Part shown: positions 29,392-40,237 of the stretch, in pieces
How the letters are laid out: every line of letters begins with the position of its first letter
Numbering within the stretch: the stretch's first letter is position 1
DNA from: Leptospiraceae bacterium
GTDB lineage: Bacteria > Spirochaetota > Leptospiria > Leptospirales > Leptonemataceae
Direction of reading: 5' to 3'
Assembly: GCA_040217195.1 (NCBI GenBank)
Contig: JAVJNR010000008.1
Span: forward strand, 512,001 to 576,000
Length of the DNA: 64,000 nt
The notes under the pieces: model-generated
The model's input: the letters and a program-made list of their open reading frames with translations, nothing else
Told to the model about the DNA's origin: nothing
The model's database searches: none
Position numbers and translations under genes: made by a program

Positions 29392-30567
29392 CTAGCGCCT
29401 GGCCCGAATAAGAATTCGAATCGGGGCCGGAAGCCCATCTTTTAAAAAACCGGGGCGATCAGCATCCAGAAATTCTTCCAGGACCGGAAGTCCTGTATCG
29501 GCATTCAATTCTGCGGAGTAGTCCCACTGCTTGAGAATTTCAATCTGGCGAAATCCGCTACGATGTAGATAGTTTTTTAGAGTGCCAGCATCCGGAACAT
29601 GCCAGATTCCTCGGGCCCCGGCATATTTTCCCGGCGGAAAAATGGCTCTTGGATAAGGAGCGGCCGGATCTTCCAATATGGCCATGGATTCTAGATACAG
29701 GACCCCACCTGTCTTTAATGATCCATGGATGGTACGTAATAGATCGATGGGATCGGTACGATGGTAGATCACTCCCCAGCATAGAATGGCATCAAAGGAT
29801 AATCCCGAAAGATCAGCCGTAGCCGGGGCGGTGTCCGAATCCTGGGCCGAAGTTTGCCTAATATTCACATCTTCGGGCTTTTCTCCACCAGACCTGAGCC
29901 CGGAGGCATTATAAGGTTTTTCAGTGCCGGCAGTTGATTTACCGAAGTCCCGGGCGGAAGTTCGATTAATATTCACATCTTCCGGCAGTTCTGCCCCCGC
30001 GTGGACACTGCTCCATCCGGATTCGTTGCATGCATTCGGATTCGAATTTAGTGCATCATGCGCGGCAGGAACAAAGCGAATCTTTCGAATGGGATGCTCC
30101 ATGCTGAGCATTTCCTGTAGGAATCTAAATTGTTGAAAAAAGGAAGGGGCCGGATCCATTCCGATCAGTCGGCCACCGGTCTTGATCTGGTGCAAACGAA
30201 GCAAGTAGTAACCATTGTTGCAGCCCAGATCCAGCACATCTCCATCCGTGATGGAAGAGTCTTCTCTCAGAAAGGGAAGGCAGTGCTGCCATTTGGCATC
30301 GCTGTTCCAGTGCGATGCGACTGGCTGCCCGAAAAATGAAAACGGCCCTTTTCTGTATGGTCCCAGCTCTTCTAGATAGTGATTCAGTTCATCCCGCTGC
30401 CGGGACGAAAGATTGGATTTCGATTCCAGGTTAGCTAATGGGCCGCTCTCTATAGAAGAGGAACCCTCCTGAGAAGGACCTACCTGAATGGTAGGTCCGA
30501 TCTCAAGAATACTGGTTTGAATGCTTTGAGCAAATTCCAGGGCTCGCTTGAACTTAACTTCATCCAC
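29392..30567 (-). CDS. cmoB: tRNA U34 carboxymethyltransferase (CmoB-like, DUF1698) with internal insertion
   Basis: PYRKGPF, HWNSDAKW, VLDLGCNNGYY, GMDP, FDAILCWGVIYHRTDP, YAGARGIWHVP. Confidence 0.85.
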   Translation of the reverse strand: MDEVKFKRALEFAQSIQTSILEIGPTIQVGPSQEGSSSIESGPLANLESKSNLSSRQRDELNHYLEELGPYRKGPFSFFGQPVASHWNSDAKWQHCLPFLREDSSITDGDVLDLGCNNGYYLLRLHQIKTGGRLIGMDPAPSFFQQFRFLQEMLSMEHPIRKIRFVPAAHDALNSNPNACNESGWSSVHAGAELPEDVNINRTSARDFGKSTAGTEKPYNASGLRSGGEKPEDVNIRQTSAQDSDTAPATADLSGLSFDAILCWGVIYHRTDPIDLLRTIHGSLKTGGVLYLESMAILEDPAAPYPRAIFPPGKYAGARGIWHVPDAGTLKNYLHRSGFRQIEILKQWDYSAELNADTGLPVLEEFLDADRPGFLKDGLPAPIRILIRARR

Positions 30568-30577
30568 GCTGGATGTC

Positions 30578-33145
30578 CTATTTTAGAGCCACTCTGTCCT
30601 TTTCCAGACCCAGCTTATACTCTTTGTCTGTAGAGAAATCGCCTTTCAGGATAGCCTGGCTTAGAGTGTTTCCCACATCCTTTTGAATCAGTCGTTTCAG
30701 AGGTCGGGCACCGAATTGAGGATCGTAACCCTTCTTGGCCAGATGATTGATCAGTGTGCTTTCCACCTTCACATTCAGACCAGCCTCCCTGGCTCGCTGA
30801 ACAATCTTTCGAAGCTGTATCTTTACAATGTCCTTCAAAGCTTCCTCTGAAATTGGATGATAGTAGATAGTATCATCCAGTCGATTCAAGAACTCGGGAC
30901 GAAAAAATGTATGAAGCTCCTTTTCGATCAAAGCCTTCTTTTCTTTCTCGGATTTGGAGCTATCCATAAGATGATGGCTTCCAATGTTAGAGGTCATTAT
31001 GATTATGGTATTTTGAAAATCCACCATCCGGCCCTTGGAGTCCGTAAGTCTGCCATCATCGAATAGCTGCAAGAACAGATTGAATACATCCGGATGAGCC
31101 TTTTCCACTTCATCGAACAGAATTACCTGATAGGGCCTTCTACGCACAGATTCAGTGAGCTGACCGCCTTCATCGTATCCCACATATCCAGGAGGAGCAC
31201 CGATGAGTCGAGCCACAGCATGCTTTTCCATGTACTCTGACATATCGATTCGAAGCATTGCATTTTCATCGTCGAATAGAAACTTGCTCAAAGCCCGGGC
31301 AGTCTCGGTTTTACCTACCCCGGTGGGACCTACAAACATGAAAACTCCCACCGGCCGATTCGGATCGCTCAATCCACTTCGATTCCTTAAGATTGCTTCA
31401 CTTACTTCCTGAAGTGCATGGTCCTGACCTATGACTGTGGTTCTGAGTTGATCGAACATACCCAGAAGCTTTTCTTTTTCACCCTGCATCATTCTAGACA
31501 CAGGAATACCGGTCCATCGAGAGACTATGGTTGCGATGTCTTCATCAGTGACCTCTTCTTTCAGATACTGCTTCTTGCTCTCCTCAATCTTCTTTTCCAG
31601 GGCTTTAAGCATGTTTTCCAGAGTGACCAGCTTACCGTATCGGATTTCGGCCACTCGATTCAAATCACCAATTCGTTCTGCTTCCTTTTCCTGCATTCTC
31701 CAGGAATCGATTTCTTCGCGCAGGGACTTTGCTTTTTCCACATCCACGCGCTCAGCTTCCCAGACTCCTTTCTTGTTCATGAATTCTTCTTCAAGATTGG
31801 CCAGCTCTCGACCCACAACTTCGAGCCTTTGCTTGGATACTGGATCCTTCTCTTTTTTCAGAGCCTCCCTTTCGATCTTCAGAGACTGAATCTTCTTGGA
31901 TATGATATCCAGTTCTTCCGGAAGGGAATCCAGTTCGATGCGCATTTTACTCATGGCTTCATCGATTAAATCCACAGCCTTGTCCGGCAGGAATCGATCG
32001 GTGATATAGCGATTTGAAAGCTTGGCTGCAGCCACTAGAGCACTGTCAGTTACTCGAATACCATGATGCAGCTCATAACGGTCTTTCAATCCCCGAAGAA
32101 TGGTAACAGATTCCTCTTCAGAGGGCTCCTTGACATACACCGGCTGAAAGCGCCTTTCCAGAGCCTGATCTTTCTCAATGTATTTCTGATACTCTTTAAG
32201 AGTCGTAGCTCCAATACATCGTAGATCTCCTCGAGCAAGTGCAGGCTTGATCATATTGGATGCATCCAGGGAACCTTCAGCAGCACCAGCGCCAACAATG
32301 GTATGGATTTCATCTATAAAGAGGATGATTCTACCATCGGATCTCTGAACCTCATTAAGCAAAGCTTTGAACCGGTCTTCGAATTCTCCGCGATACTTGG
32401 CTCCTGCAATCATGGATCCCAGATCCAATGCATAGAGTTCTTTATCCAGCAGGCCTTCCGGTACTTCACCGGCTACAATCTTTCCGGCAAGACCTTCTAC
32501 AATGGCCGTTTTACCGGTTCCGGGCTCACCAATCAATATTGGATTGTTCTTCGTTCTTCGGCTGAGCACCTGCATGATTCGTCGAATCTCTTCATCTCGA
32601 CCAATCACTGGGTCCAGCTTACCTTTACGGGCTGAATCGTTCAGGTTTCTGGCATATTTGGACAGAGCCTCGATCGTATCTTCGGGGTTGTCATTTGTTA
32701 TGGGCTGACCGCCTCTCATTTCATTAACCGCCTGCTTGATCTCTTTTGGGTCCAGACCCAATCGTTTTAGTTCCCCGGTTAATTTCTGAGTATCATCTTC
32801 CAGATAGGCCAGGGCAATATGTTCCGTGGACAGATATTGATCGTCTCGATTCTTGGCGATCTTATCTGCCCTTTGAAGCAACTGGGCAAATCCCCTGGAT
32901 GGTCGGATTTCCATTTCGCCTTCGGCTCTGGGAAGTGTTCCAAGATGACCTTCCAGAAGTCCCAGCACTGTGCTTTGAGACACTCCCATCCTTTCCAGAA
33001 GCATGGGACCCATCCCTTCCTCCTGGCGGAATATTTCGTAGAGTAAATGCTCCGGCATTACCTCAGGATTTCCTCTTTCCTGTGCTATCTCCTGAGCATT
33101 TTCAATGGCCTCATGGGCTTTGGTTGTTAGTTTATCTAGTTTCAT
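30578..33145 (-). CDS. clpB: ATP-dependent disaggregase ClpB
   Basis: Two AAA modules ([16 protein letters not shown]), coiled-coil M-domain, [12 protein letters not shown] 33145 with AGGAG. Confidence 0.98.
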   Translation of the reverse strand: MKLDKLTTKAHEAIENAQEIAQERGNPEVMPEHLLYEIFRQEEGMGPMLLERMGVSQSTVLGLLEGHLGTLPRAEGEMEIRPSRGFAQLLQRADKIAKNRDDQYLSTEHIALAYLEDDTQKLTGELKRLGLDPKEIKQAVNEMRGGQPITNDNPEDTIEALSKYARNLNDSARKGKLDPVIGRDEEIRRIMQVLSRRTKNNPILIGEPGTGKTAIVEGLAGKIVAGEVPEGLLDKELYALDLGSMIAGAKYRGEFEDRFKALLNEVQRSDGRIILFIDEIHTIVGAGAAEGSLDASNMIKPALARGDLRCIGATTLKEYQKYIEKDQALERRFQPVYVKEPSEEESVTILRGLKDRYELHHGIRVTDSALVAAAKLSNRYITDRFLPDKAVDLIDEAMSKMRIELDSLPEELDIISKKIQSLKIEREALKKEKDPVSKQRLEVVGRELANLEEEFMNKKGVWEAERVDVEKAKSLREEIDSWRMQEKEAERIGDLNRVAEIRYGKLVTLENMLKALEKKIEESKKQYLKEEVTDEDIATIVSRWTGIPVSRMMQGEKEKLLGMFDQLRTTVIGQDHALQEVSEAILRNRSGLSDPNRPVGVFMFVGPTGVGKTETARALSKFLFDDENAMLRIDMSEYMEKHAVARLIGAPPGYVGYDEGGQLTESVRRRPYQVILFDEVEKAHPDVFNLFLQLFDDGRLTDSKGRMVDFQNTIIIMTSNIGSHHLMDSSKSEKEKKALIEKELHTFFRPEFLNRLDDTIYYHPISEEALKDIVKIQLRKIVQRAREAGLNVKVESTLINHLAKKGYDPQFGARPLKRLIQKDVGNTLSQAILKGDFSTDKEYKLGLEKDRVALK

Positions 33146-33706
33146 ATCATGGCTCCTGGCGCCTGGACTAAACCTTCTGGTATTCTTTCCATCATGCACA
33201 TATTCATCTCTGCAAAGAGATCTGAACTTATATCAATATTGCTTTGTATACTACCGCTCTGTTGCATACCAGCTTACCCGGGATGAACCCTGTATAACAT
33301 AGATCGGTGATGAGCTGAATGGTATGGCAATGCTCATACTGTAGTGTACTCTAACTCTGCTTCTAGCATTCGTTCATTCACCAGAGGCCTATCAGTCTCT
33401 TCCATCTTTGTTCTATACATAAGGCCATAGCAAGGAATGGACCAGGCTCTGACAATTGCATCGGGCGATCCCTGTGATTCTGAAGCAAAGTCATTGTCGA
33501 TTTGTCAGTGAGGTTGGAAACTCTGGCAGTTTCCATGTATTCTGAGATTGGTTCTCAACAAAAGGCAAAACCCGGAATTTTTACAGCAAAAGAATGCACG
33601 GCTGGCAGATTCTATTGACAGCCTCATTGCAAATCCATTCTTGTTCAAGGCGGGATCAGCGATCATCGCGGCGCTTCCGCCAATTTGGAAAAAGGGCACA
33701 GGCCAA

Positions 33707-34279
33707 ATGGCACCTCTTCTAAGAATCGCAAAGAAGCACGGAATCAAATTTGTATTACTCTTCGCTTTAATCGGCGCATTTGTGTACTTGTACGGAGTTA
33801 ATCCGAAGTATCAGGGATACGCTGCCGATCAACCCATCCCATTCAGCCACAAGATACATGCTGGGGAGCTTGGCGTAGACTGCCAGTTCTGCCACACTAG
33901 TGTGGACAAGAGTGCGATGGCAAGCGTACCGGACACAGCAACCTGTATGAAATGTCATGCATACGTTGCCTCCGACAGTCCGGATATTCAATACCTCCGA
34001 AAAACCTATGAAAAAGGGATCCCCATGCGCTGGAATAAAGTGCATGACCTCCCTGACCATGCAAAGTTTTCGCATAAGGTTCACATTGCCCGTGGCTATG
34101 ACTGCGCTCAATGCCATGGAAACGTTGCTGAAATGGACAAGGTGGAAGTAACCAGCGAGTTTAACATGGGCTGGTGTGTTAACTGCCACCGAGACCAGGC
34201 CAAGCAAATGAACCTGGATAAGGAGCCTGGAGGCAATCATAGCCTGGGCATTACCGACTGTAGCACCTGTCATTATTGA
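33707..34279 (+). CDS. actA: alternative complex III pentaheme cytochrome c subunit
   Basis: One TM; QPIPFSHKIH; five CxxCH (CQFCH, CMKCH, CAQCH, CVNCH, CSTCH); ATG 33707 with AAAGGG. Confidence 0.92.
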   Translation: MAPLLRIAKKHGIKFVLLFALIGAFVYLYGVNPKYQGYAADQPIPFSHKIHAGELGVDCQFCHTSVDKSAMASVPDTATCMKCHAYVASDSPDIQYLRKTYEKGIPMRWNKVHDLPDHAKFSHKVHIARGYDCAQCHGNVAEMDKVEVTSEFNMGWCVNCHRDQAKQMNLDKEPGGNHSLGITDCSTCHY

Positions 34280-34311
34280 GATCACTGGAAGGATCGACCT
34301 GGTTGGATTTC

Positions 34312-37300
34312 ATGGAAACAAAGAATAGAACTAGAAAATACTGGCAATCTCTGGAAGAGAGGAACGCTCCTCCTGCAGAGAACTATAAAGAGCCCGAGTT
34401 TGGCATGTCCAAGAATGAGATGGTTGCCGAACTCAAAAAGAAGCCCGTAAGCCGGAAGAACTTCCTCAAATTTATGGGTGCAGGCGCCGTTCTGGTGCAA
34501 GCCGCATGCCGCCGGCCCACCGAGCAAATCGTACCGGCTGTAATCCGACCGCCCGAGGATATTCCGGGCGAAGCAAACTATTACTCCACAGTAGCTCCCG
34601 ATGGAACCGGCCTGGTGGTTCGGACTTCGAATGCAAGGCCAAACAAGATTTCGGGAAACCCGGAACATCCGCTGACTAAAGGCGGAGTATCCAGTTATGA
34701 TGTGGCCAGCATTATGGATCTTTATGATCCTGATCGTCTGCGCAAGCCAGCCAGGCTTACGAACAGGAAAAAGAAACGAGCTTCCCGGGATGCCCTTATT
34801 TCCGAACTGCAAACCGAGATTAAGAAAGGCGATTATGTCCTGCTAACCGGTCCAATAGATAGTCCCACAAGCAAGAAGCTAATTCGAGACTTTCTAAACG
34901 CTAATCCCGGCGGAAAGCATGTAGAGTTTCGCGCGGACCCAACTCTTCGTCAAATCGCAGAGGGTCAGCGGGCCTCTTACGGCGAAGCACTGATTCCCTA
35001 CTATCGATTTGACCGTGCCAACCTTGTTCTGGCCATCGATGCAGACTTTCTGGGAACCATGGGATTCCCGGCCGCTCATACGGCGGATTTCACCAGCCGT
35101 AGGGATCCTACAAAAGGAAAACCGGCCAGGCTCATCGCCATTGAATCGATGTTCAGTCTTACAGGTTCCAACGCCGATATGCGAATCCCTGTTAAACCAG
35201 GGGATCAAACATCGGTAGCATTATCTCTGGCCGCGCACATTACCCTGAACCTTAAAGTGGGTCCTTATACTGGAAATGCCCAGGTCCGCGGACTTCTGGA
35301 GAACTACACTCCTGAACGAGTGGCCGAGGTGCTGAAACTGGAGCAAACAGCTCTGGAAAAAACAGCGGAAGAACTATGGTCCAATCGAGGGAAAGGACTG
35401 GTCCTGGGTGGATCGCCCTTGGCCGCCACCGGCCGTCAGGCAGCTCTTGGAATTGCCGTAAGTCTGCTAAATGACATTTGTGGCAACGACGGTATCACCG
35501 TAGACTACCGCAACTCATTGAACTACTCTGTAGGCATCTCTGCACCGGATATGCTATCTCTGCTGGCGGACTGTAAGGCGGGTAAAATCAAAACCCTGAT
35601 TGTGTCCGGCGCGAATATTCAGTATCATTTACCGGCCAGTGCTCAGGTAAAAGAGGCTCTGGCAGCCGTTCCATACGTTGCATCGATCAGCGATCGTATC
35701 GATGAAACGGCTAAACTTGGAAATGCAGTGCTTCCACTGAGTCATTTCCTGGAATCCTGGGGTGACCGAGAGGTAATCGGTGGTATTGCTGCCATTCAGC
35801 AGCCGACGGTTCGTCCCATCTTTGACTCTGCCAGCCTGGAAGACTATCTGATTCAAATCAGTGGTGGCACCCTGGGTGGATCTTCTGATTATCATAGCTA
35901 TTTGAAAGCGGCCTGGGCCGGACGTGGAGGCGCCAACTTCCAGAACTTCTGGGTGAAGATACTCCAGGACGGATTCTATGCTCCGGATGCTGGTAAGCTG
36001 AACGGAAATGCTCCAGCCCGTCGATTCAATGCAGGTTCTTTGAATAATCTGCCCAGAAGTGTGGATGAGAAGGACGGTCTGAAACTGGGTCTATTCATGG
36101 GAGTAGCCGTTCGAGACGGAAGTCAGGCAAACAATGCGTATCGCCTGGAACTTCCTGATCCAGTGACCAAGATCGTCTGGGAAAACTATGCTGCCATTCT
36201 TCCTTCTACGGCTCGCAAACTAAAACTGAAGCAAGGCTCTATTGTAAAAGTCAAATCAGGGGAAACCACTCTGGAACTTCCGGTGCACATGCAACCCGGT
36301 CTGCATCCGGATGCAGTACTGGTGGCCCTGGGCTACGGTCGCACGGAAGCAGGTAAGGTGGGCAACGACCGTGGTGTGAATGCCATTTCAGTGGCTACCA
36401 CCGGTGATGATTCTCTCACTCTTTCCGGTCATACGGTCACTCTGGAAAACACCGGAGACCGAAAGACTCTGGGCAATACTCAAACCGTGTATCGTACTGG
36501 AATGAATGAGCCAGACAACTTTCCTGGCATCTCCGACGATATTCCTTACGCTCCTTTTGCTGGCTCAACTCAGTATACCAAAGAGCAACGGCCCATCATT
36601 ATGGAAGCCAGCTATAGCGAGTATAGCAAAGCGAAGGGCTTCCTGAATGAGTATACTGTAAAGCATCCTCAAAATGCACAGCTCATGGAAGCCTGGAAGT
36701 ATGAGAACCTCCGCTGGCATATGGTGGTGGATCTCTCCAAATGTACAGGTTGCGGTTCCTGTGTGACCAGCTGTAATCTTGAAAATAATATTCCTATGGT
36801 TGGCCCGGAAGAGGTATCTGTAGGTAGAGAAATGCACTGGTTGCGAATCGACCGCTATTACAGCGGATCGGAAGAAAACCCCGCGGTAAGCCATCAGCCC
36901 ATGCTATGCCAGCAGTGCGAGAATGCTCCCTGCGAAAATGTATGCCCTGTGGCAGCTACCACCCATAATTCGGAAGGTCTAAATGTAATGACCTATAACC
37001 GTTGTGTAGGAACCAGATACTGCGCCAACAACTGCCCCTACAAAGTGCGCCGCTTTAACTGGTTTGAGAACTGGTATTATATGGAAGGTCTGGAGCGCAA
37101 ACTCCGTGATCCAATGCAGCTGGGACTGAACCCCAACGTAACCGTTCGATCCAGAGGGGTTATGGAGAAGTGTACTTTCTGCGTGCAAAGGATTAATGCG
37201 GCTCGCCAGGATATGAAAGTCCGGGGCGATAAAAGAATCAAAGATGGCACGGTAGTAACGGCCTGTCAGGAAGTTTGCGGTGCTGGAGCCATCACATTCG

Positions 37301-37434
37301 GCGACATCAACGATAAATCCTCGGCTGTATATCAGCTGGCTGAAAAAGACAAGAGAAGATACCGCGTCCTGGATTTTCTGGGTGTGGCACCTTCGGTGAC
37401 CTATCTTGCGAAGATTCGCAATCCCATGGCTTAA
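34312..37434 (+). CDS. actB: alternative complex III molybdopterin-oxidoreductase-like/Fe-S subunit
   Basis: YWQSLEE leader, Tat-like SRKNFLK, lipobox AAC; LYDPDR; Fe-S motifs CTGCGSCVTSC, CQQCENAPCENVCP, CVGTRYCANNCP, CTFC..CQEVC. Confidence 0.95.
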   Translation: METKNRTRKYWQSLEERNAPPAENYKEPEFGMSKNEMVAELKKKPVSRKNFLKFMGAGAVLVQAACRRPTEQIVPAVIRPPEDIPGEANYYSTVAPDGTGLVVRTSNARPNKISGNPEHPLTKGGVSSYDVASIMDLYDPDRLRKPARLTNRKKKRASRDALISELQTEIKKGDYVLLTGPIDSPTSKKLIRDFLNANPGGKHVEFRADPTLRQIAEGQRASYGEALIPYYRFDRANLVLAIDADFLGTMGFPAAHTADFTSRRDPTKGKPARLIAIESMFSLTGSNADMRIPVKPGDQTSVALSLAAHITLNLKVGPYTGNAQVRGLLENYTPERVAEVLKLEQTALEKTAEELWSNRGKGLVLGGSPLAATGRQAALGIAVSLLNDICGNDGITVDYRNSLNYSVGISAPDMLSLLADCKAGKIKTLIVSGANIQYHLPASAQVKEALAAVPYVASISDRIDETAKLGNAVLPLSHFLESWGDREVIGGIAAIQQPTVRPIFDSASLEDYLIQISGGTLGGSSDYHSYLKAAWAGRGGANFQNFWVKILQDGFYAPDAGKLNGNAPARRFNAGSLNNLPRSVDEKDGLKLGLFMGVAVRDGSQANNAYRLELPDPVTKIVWENYAAILPSTARKLKLKQGSIVKVKSGETTLELPVHMQPGLHPDAVLVALGYGRTEAGKVGNDRGVNAISVATTGDDSLTLSGHTVTLENTGDRKTLGNTQTVYRTGMNEPDNFPGISDDIPYAPFAGSTQYTKEQRPIIMEASYSEYSKAKGFLNEYTVKHPQNAQLMEAWKYENLRWHMVVDLSKCTGCGSCVTSCNLENNIPMVGPEEVSVGREMHWLRIDRYYSGSEENPAVSHQPMLCQQCENAPCENVCPVAATTHNSEGLNVMTYNRCVGTRYCANNCPYKVRRFNWFENWYYMEGLERKLRDPMQLGLNPNVTVRSRGVMEKCTFCVQRINAARQDMKVRGDKRIKDGTVVTACQEVCGAGAITFGDINDKSSAVYQLAEKDKRRYRVLDFLGVAPSVTYLAKIRNPMA

Positions 37435-37456
37435 TTAGAAAAGGGACAAACTAGAA

Positions 37457-38851
37457 ATGGCCAATAATACAGAAACCCTGGAAAAAGTAGAACTCGTACA
37501 AGGTAATAAGAGCTACGGCGATGTTAATCAGGACATTACACGCCCTCTTGATACATTTCCCGAGAAATGGTGGTGGGGCGCTTTTGCAGTAGCTCTGGGC
37601 CTACTGACCCTGCTGATTGTGGAAATCGGCTATTTGATCGCAGTCGGCATGGGCGTAGTTGGTGTGAACGTTCCGGTAAGCTGGGGTTCCTTTATTATCA
37701 CGTTCGTTTTCTGGATCGGTATTGGACATGCCGGTACATTGATTTCTGCAATTCTGTATATTTTCCGACAGGAATGGAGAACGGCTGTAAACCGTTCCGC
37801 TGAAGCCATGACAATCTTTGCCGTGGCCTGTGCAGGTATTTATCCGCTAATTCACGTTGGTCGCCCCTGGTTTACATTCTGGTTGTTTCCTTACCCGAAT
37901 GAAAGAGGAACTCTCTGGCCAAACTTCCGTTCTCCGCTTCTGTGGGACCTATTTGCTATTTCTACATATTTGACCATCTCCCTGGTATTCTGGTACATGG
38001 GACTGATTCCTGACTTTGCTTCCGTTCGGGACAAAATCAAAGGCGGGGAATGGTTCAACAAGTTGCGAAAGAACCTCTATTCCGTGCTGTCTATGGGCTG
38101 GGTGGGCTCCGCCCGAGCCTGGTCGCATTATGAAACCACAGCTATGATTCTGGCTGGTCTTTCTGCACCACTGGTTCTTTCCGTTCACACAATTGTATCT
38201 TTTGACTTCGCCACCTCCGTAATTCCTGGATGGCACACCACAATCTTCCCGCCCTACTTTGTGGCCGGGGCGATTTTCTCCGGATTCGGAATGGTGCTTA
38301 CTCTCCTGATCCTCATGCGTGAGCTGTTTGGCTTTAAAGAATACATCACCGTAAAACACCTGGAGAATATGGCCAAGATTACCATGCTCACCGGGACACT
38401 GGTGGGTCTGGCCTATGCCACGGAGTTCTTTATCGCATGGTATTCCGGCTCCAAGTTTGAAGGTTTCGCATTCATCAACCGGATGCTCGGGCCTTACTGG
38501 TGGTCCTACTGGATCATGGTATCCTGTAATGTAATTTCCCCGCAGCTATTCTGGTTCAAGAAAATCCGGACCAATCCTGCAGCACTGTGGATTATCAGTA
38601 TCTTCGTAAACATCGGAATGTGGTTCGAGCGTTACGTGATTGTAGTAACCAGTCTGCATAGGGACTACCTCCCTTCGAGCTGGGATCTATATATCATGAC
38701 GATTCATGACTTTGGAATTCTAATTGGTTCCTTTGGATTGTTTTTCACTCTGTTCCTGCTCTTCATGAGGTTCTTTCCTACCATCGCTATGGCAGAGATT
38801 AAAACAGTAATGAAAAGCCCTGGAGCCCGTGGCTACGGCGGAGGCCATTAA
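37457..38851 (+). CDS. actC: alternative complex III quinol-binding NrfD/PsrC-family subunit
   Basis: [58 protein letters not shown]. Confidence 0.96.
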   Translation: MANNTETLEKVELVQGNKSYGDVNQDITRPLDTFPEKWWWGAFAVALGLLTLLIVEIGYLIAVGMGVVGVNVPVSWGSFIITFVFWIGIGHAGTLISAILYIFRQEWRTAVNRSAEAMTIFAVACAGIYPLIHVGRPWFTFWLFPYPNERGTLWPNFRSPLLWDLFAISTYLTISLVFWYMGLIPDFASVRDKIKGGEWFNKLRKNLYSVLSMGWVGSARAWSHYETTAMILAGLSAPLVLSVHTIVSFDFATSVIPGWHTTIFPPYFVAGAIFSGFGMVLTLLILMRELFGFKEYITVKHLENMAKITMLTGTLVGLAYATEFFIAWYSGSKFEGFAFINRMLGPYWWSYWIMVSCNVISPQLFWFKKIRTNPAALWIISIFVNIGMWFERYVIVVTSLHRDYLPSSWDLYIMTIHDFGILIGSFGLFFTLFLLFMRFFPTIAMAEIKTVMKSPGARGYGGGH

Positions 38852-38875
38852 TCCAGAACTATCTGGCAGGTAATT

Positions 38876-39565
38876 ATGGAAAAGCTAAACGCTATGACAG
38901 AAAAACTGGAACAATTCTTTGACCGGTTCTTTGAGAAGCAATACGTAGCCTTCCGGAACATTCTGGACAAGGCTTTCGAATACACTTACCGGGAAACCGA
39001 AAAGGGAGTATTCGGACTGTTCAACACACCGGAGCAAATCTCGGATGCTGCAAAGAAAACAAAAGAAAAGGGATTTACGAACTTCGATTGCCTGACTCCA
39101 TTTCCGGTGCACGGCCTGGAGTTTGACATGGGCTTCAAACGCTCCAGGCTCCCTTACGTAACATTCTTTGCAGGACTCACCGGGTTCACCATTGCATTCC
39201 TGCTCCAATTCATCGTACATGAGCAGGTGATCAATTATACCATTACCCGCGCCATCGATGCATACCCGAACCTGAACTCCTATCCTCTGAATATTGGTGG
39301 GAAACCTACTTATAGTTGGCCGGCCATGATTCCTATCTGCTTTGAGCTAACTATTCTTTTTGGCGGACTGGCAACGGTGGCTGGATTGTTTATGATTTCC
39401 CGAATCCCCAGGCCATTCCGGAGGATTCTGCATCCTTCTATTACTGATGATAAATTCTGTCTCTGGATCCCGGAAGACTCAGCCAACTACGATGAAGAAG
39501 GCGTGAAGTCCTTTCTTCAAGAAATGGGTGCTGAGGAAATCACTTCGGTTAAGGAGTCGGCGTAG
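38876..39565 (+). CDS. actD: alternative complex III subunit D (DUF3341)
   Basis: TPFPVHGL, NIGGKP..SWPAMIPICFELTILF, TDDKF. Confidence 0.93.
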   Translation: MEKLNAMTEKLEQFFDRFFEKQYVAFRNILDKAFEYTYRETEKGVFGLFNTPEQISDAAKKTKEKGFTNFDCLTPFPVHGLEFDMGFKRSRLPYVTFFAGLTGFTIAFLLQFIVHEQVINYTITRAIDAYPNLNSYPLNIGGKPTYSWPAMIPICFELTILFGGLATVAGLFMISRIPRPFRRILHPSITDDKFCLWIPEDSANYDEEGVKSFLQEMGAEEITSVKESA

Positions 39566-39577
39566 CCCGGAAATACC

Positions 39578-40219
39578 ATGATCGACAAGGCAACGAATAT
39601 GAATCCCGTTTCCCGCATTATTACTCTGGCCATCTCTTCTGTGGCACTTGTGTTCGTAGCACAGTGCAATTTCGCAGGGAATCAGTCCGGTATCCATTTC
39701 TTTCTGGATATGCATGATTCTCCGGCAGTAGAATCCCAGGAAGAGGATCCCAGCACCCTGGATGAAGCTTACGAAGGTAACTACGAAAAAACCATGGGCT
39801 CGCTGGAATCCTGGGGCGGTCCGGGCTCCACGGCTCGTACAGCTCCAGAAGGCACTGTGCCCAGGAACAAAACACCGTATTTGATTCCGGCCGCAGACTT
39901 TGATCAGGCTGCGAAAATGAATAACCCGCTGCGCCCTACCAAAGAGGTGCTTGAACTGGGTCAGAAGAAATACAATACGTATTGTGCCGTTTGCCATGGC
40001 AACACCGGCATGGGCGATGGACCGGTAACTCCGCGATTCGCTGATATTCCTGCTCTGGTAGGAGACGAATCACTGGTACTGAACTGGGAAGACGGTAGAA
40101 TCTTCCATATCATTACCGTTGGCCGAGCCCGTATGCGGCCTTATGCAGCTCAGACTACAGAAAAAGAGCGATGGGCCATCATTCATTATATAAATCTGCT
40201 TCAGAAGCAGGGACAGTAG
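39578..40219 (+). CDS. actE: alternative complex III monoheme cytochrome c lipoprotein
   Basis: Lipobox VAQC, DMHDSP, PEGTVPR, CAVCHG, RMRPYA, ERWAIIHYI. Confidence 0.93.
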   Translation: MIDKATNMNPVSRIITLAISSVALVFVAQCNFAGNQSGIHFFLDMHDSPAVESQEEDPSTLDEAYEGNYEKTMGSLESWGGPGSTARTAPEGTVPRNKTPYLIPAADFDQAAKMNNPLRPTKEVLELGQKKYNTYCAVCHGNTGMGDGPVTPRFADIPALVGDESLVLNWEDGRIFHIITVGRARMRPYAAQTTEKERWAIIHYINLLQKQGQ

Positions 40220-40237
40220 AAACAGGAACGATTATCT

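Noticed and set aside
16546..30000. Genomic island integrated at the tRNA-Arg
   Set aside because: Followed directly by housekeeping pckA; no integrase or direct repeat of the tRNA 3' end noticed
29800..30050. Intein in cmoB (also considered for recJ)
   Set aside because: No C/S start paired with a His-Asn end, no LAGLIDADG motif; the cmoB insert is too short and low-complexity
33146..33706. CIRCE operator or riboswitch in the clpB-actA divergent region
   Set aside because: Only a half-site-like tagcattc is present, with no TTAGCACTC-N9-GAGTGCTAA; no riboswitch consensus recognised; TTGACA at 33615 lacks a well-spaced -10
33548..33706. Long N-terminal extensions from the ORF track (actA; also clpB, cheB, ccoO, MCP, DUF167)
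   Set aside because: Downstream ATGs with ribosome-binding sites or stop-start coupling match the expected family N-termini better
34312..36700. ActB lacking molybdopterin/N-terminal Fe-S ligands as a novelty
   Set aside because: A cofactor-less molybdopterin-like domain is the normal state of ACIII ActB
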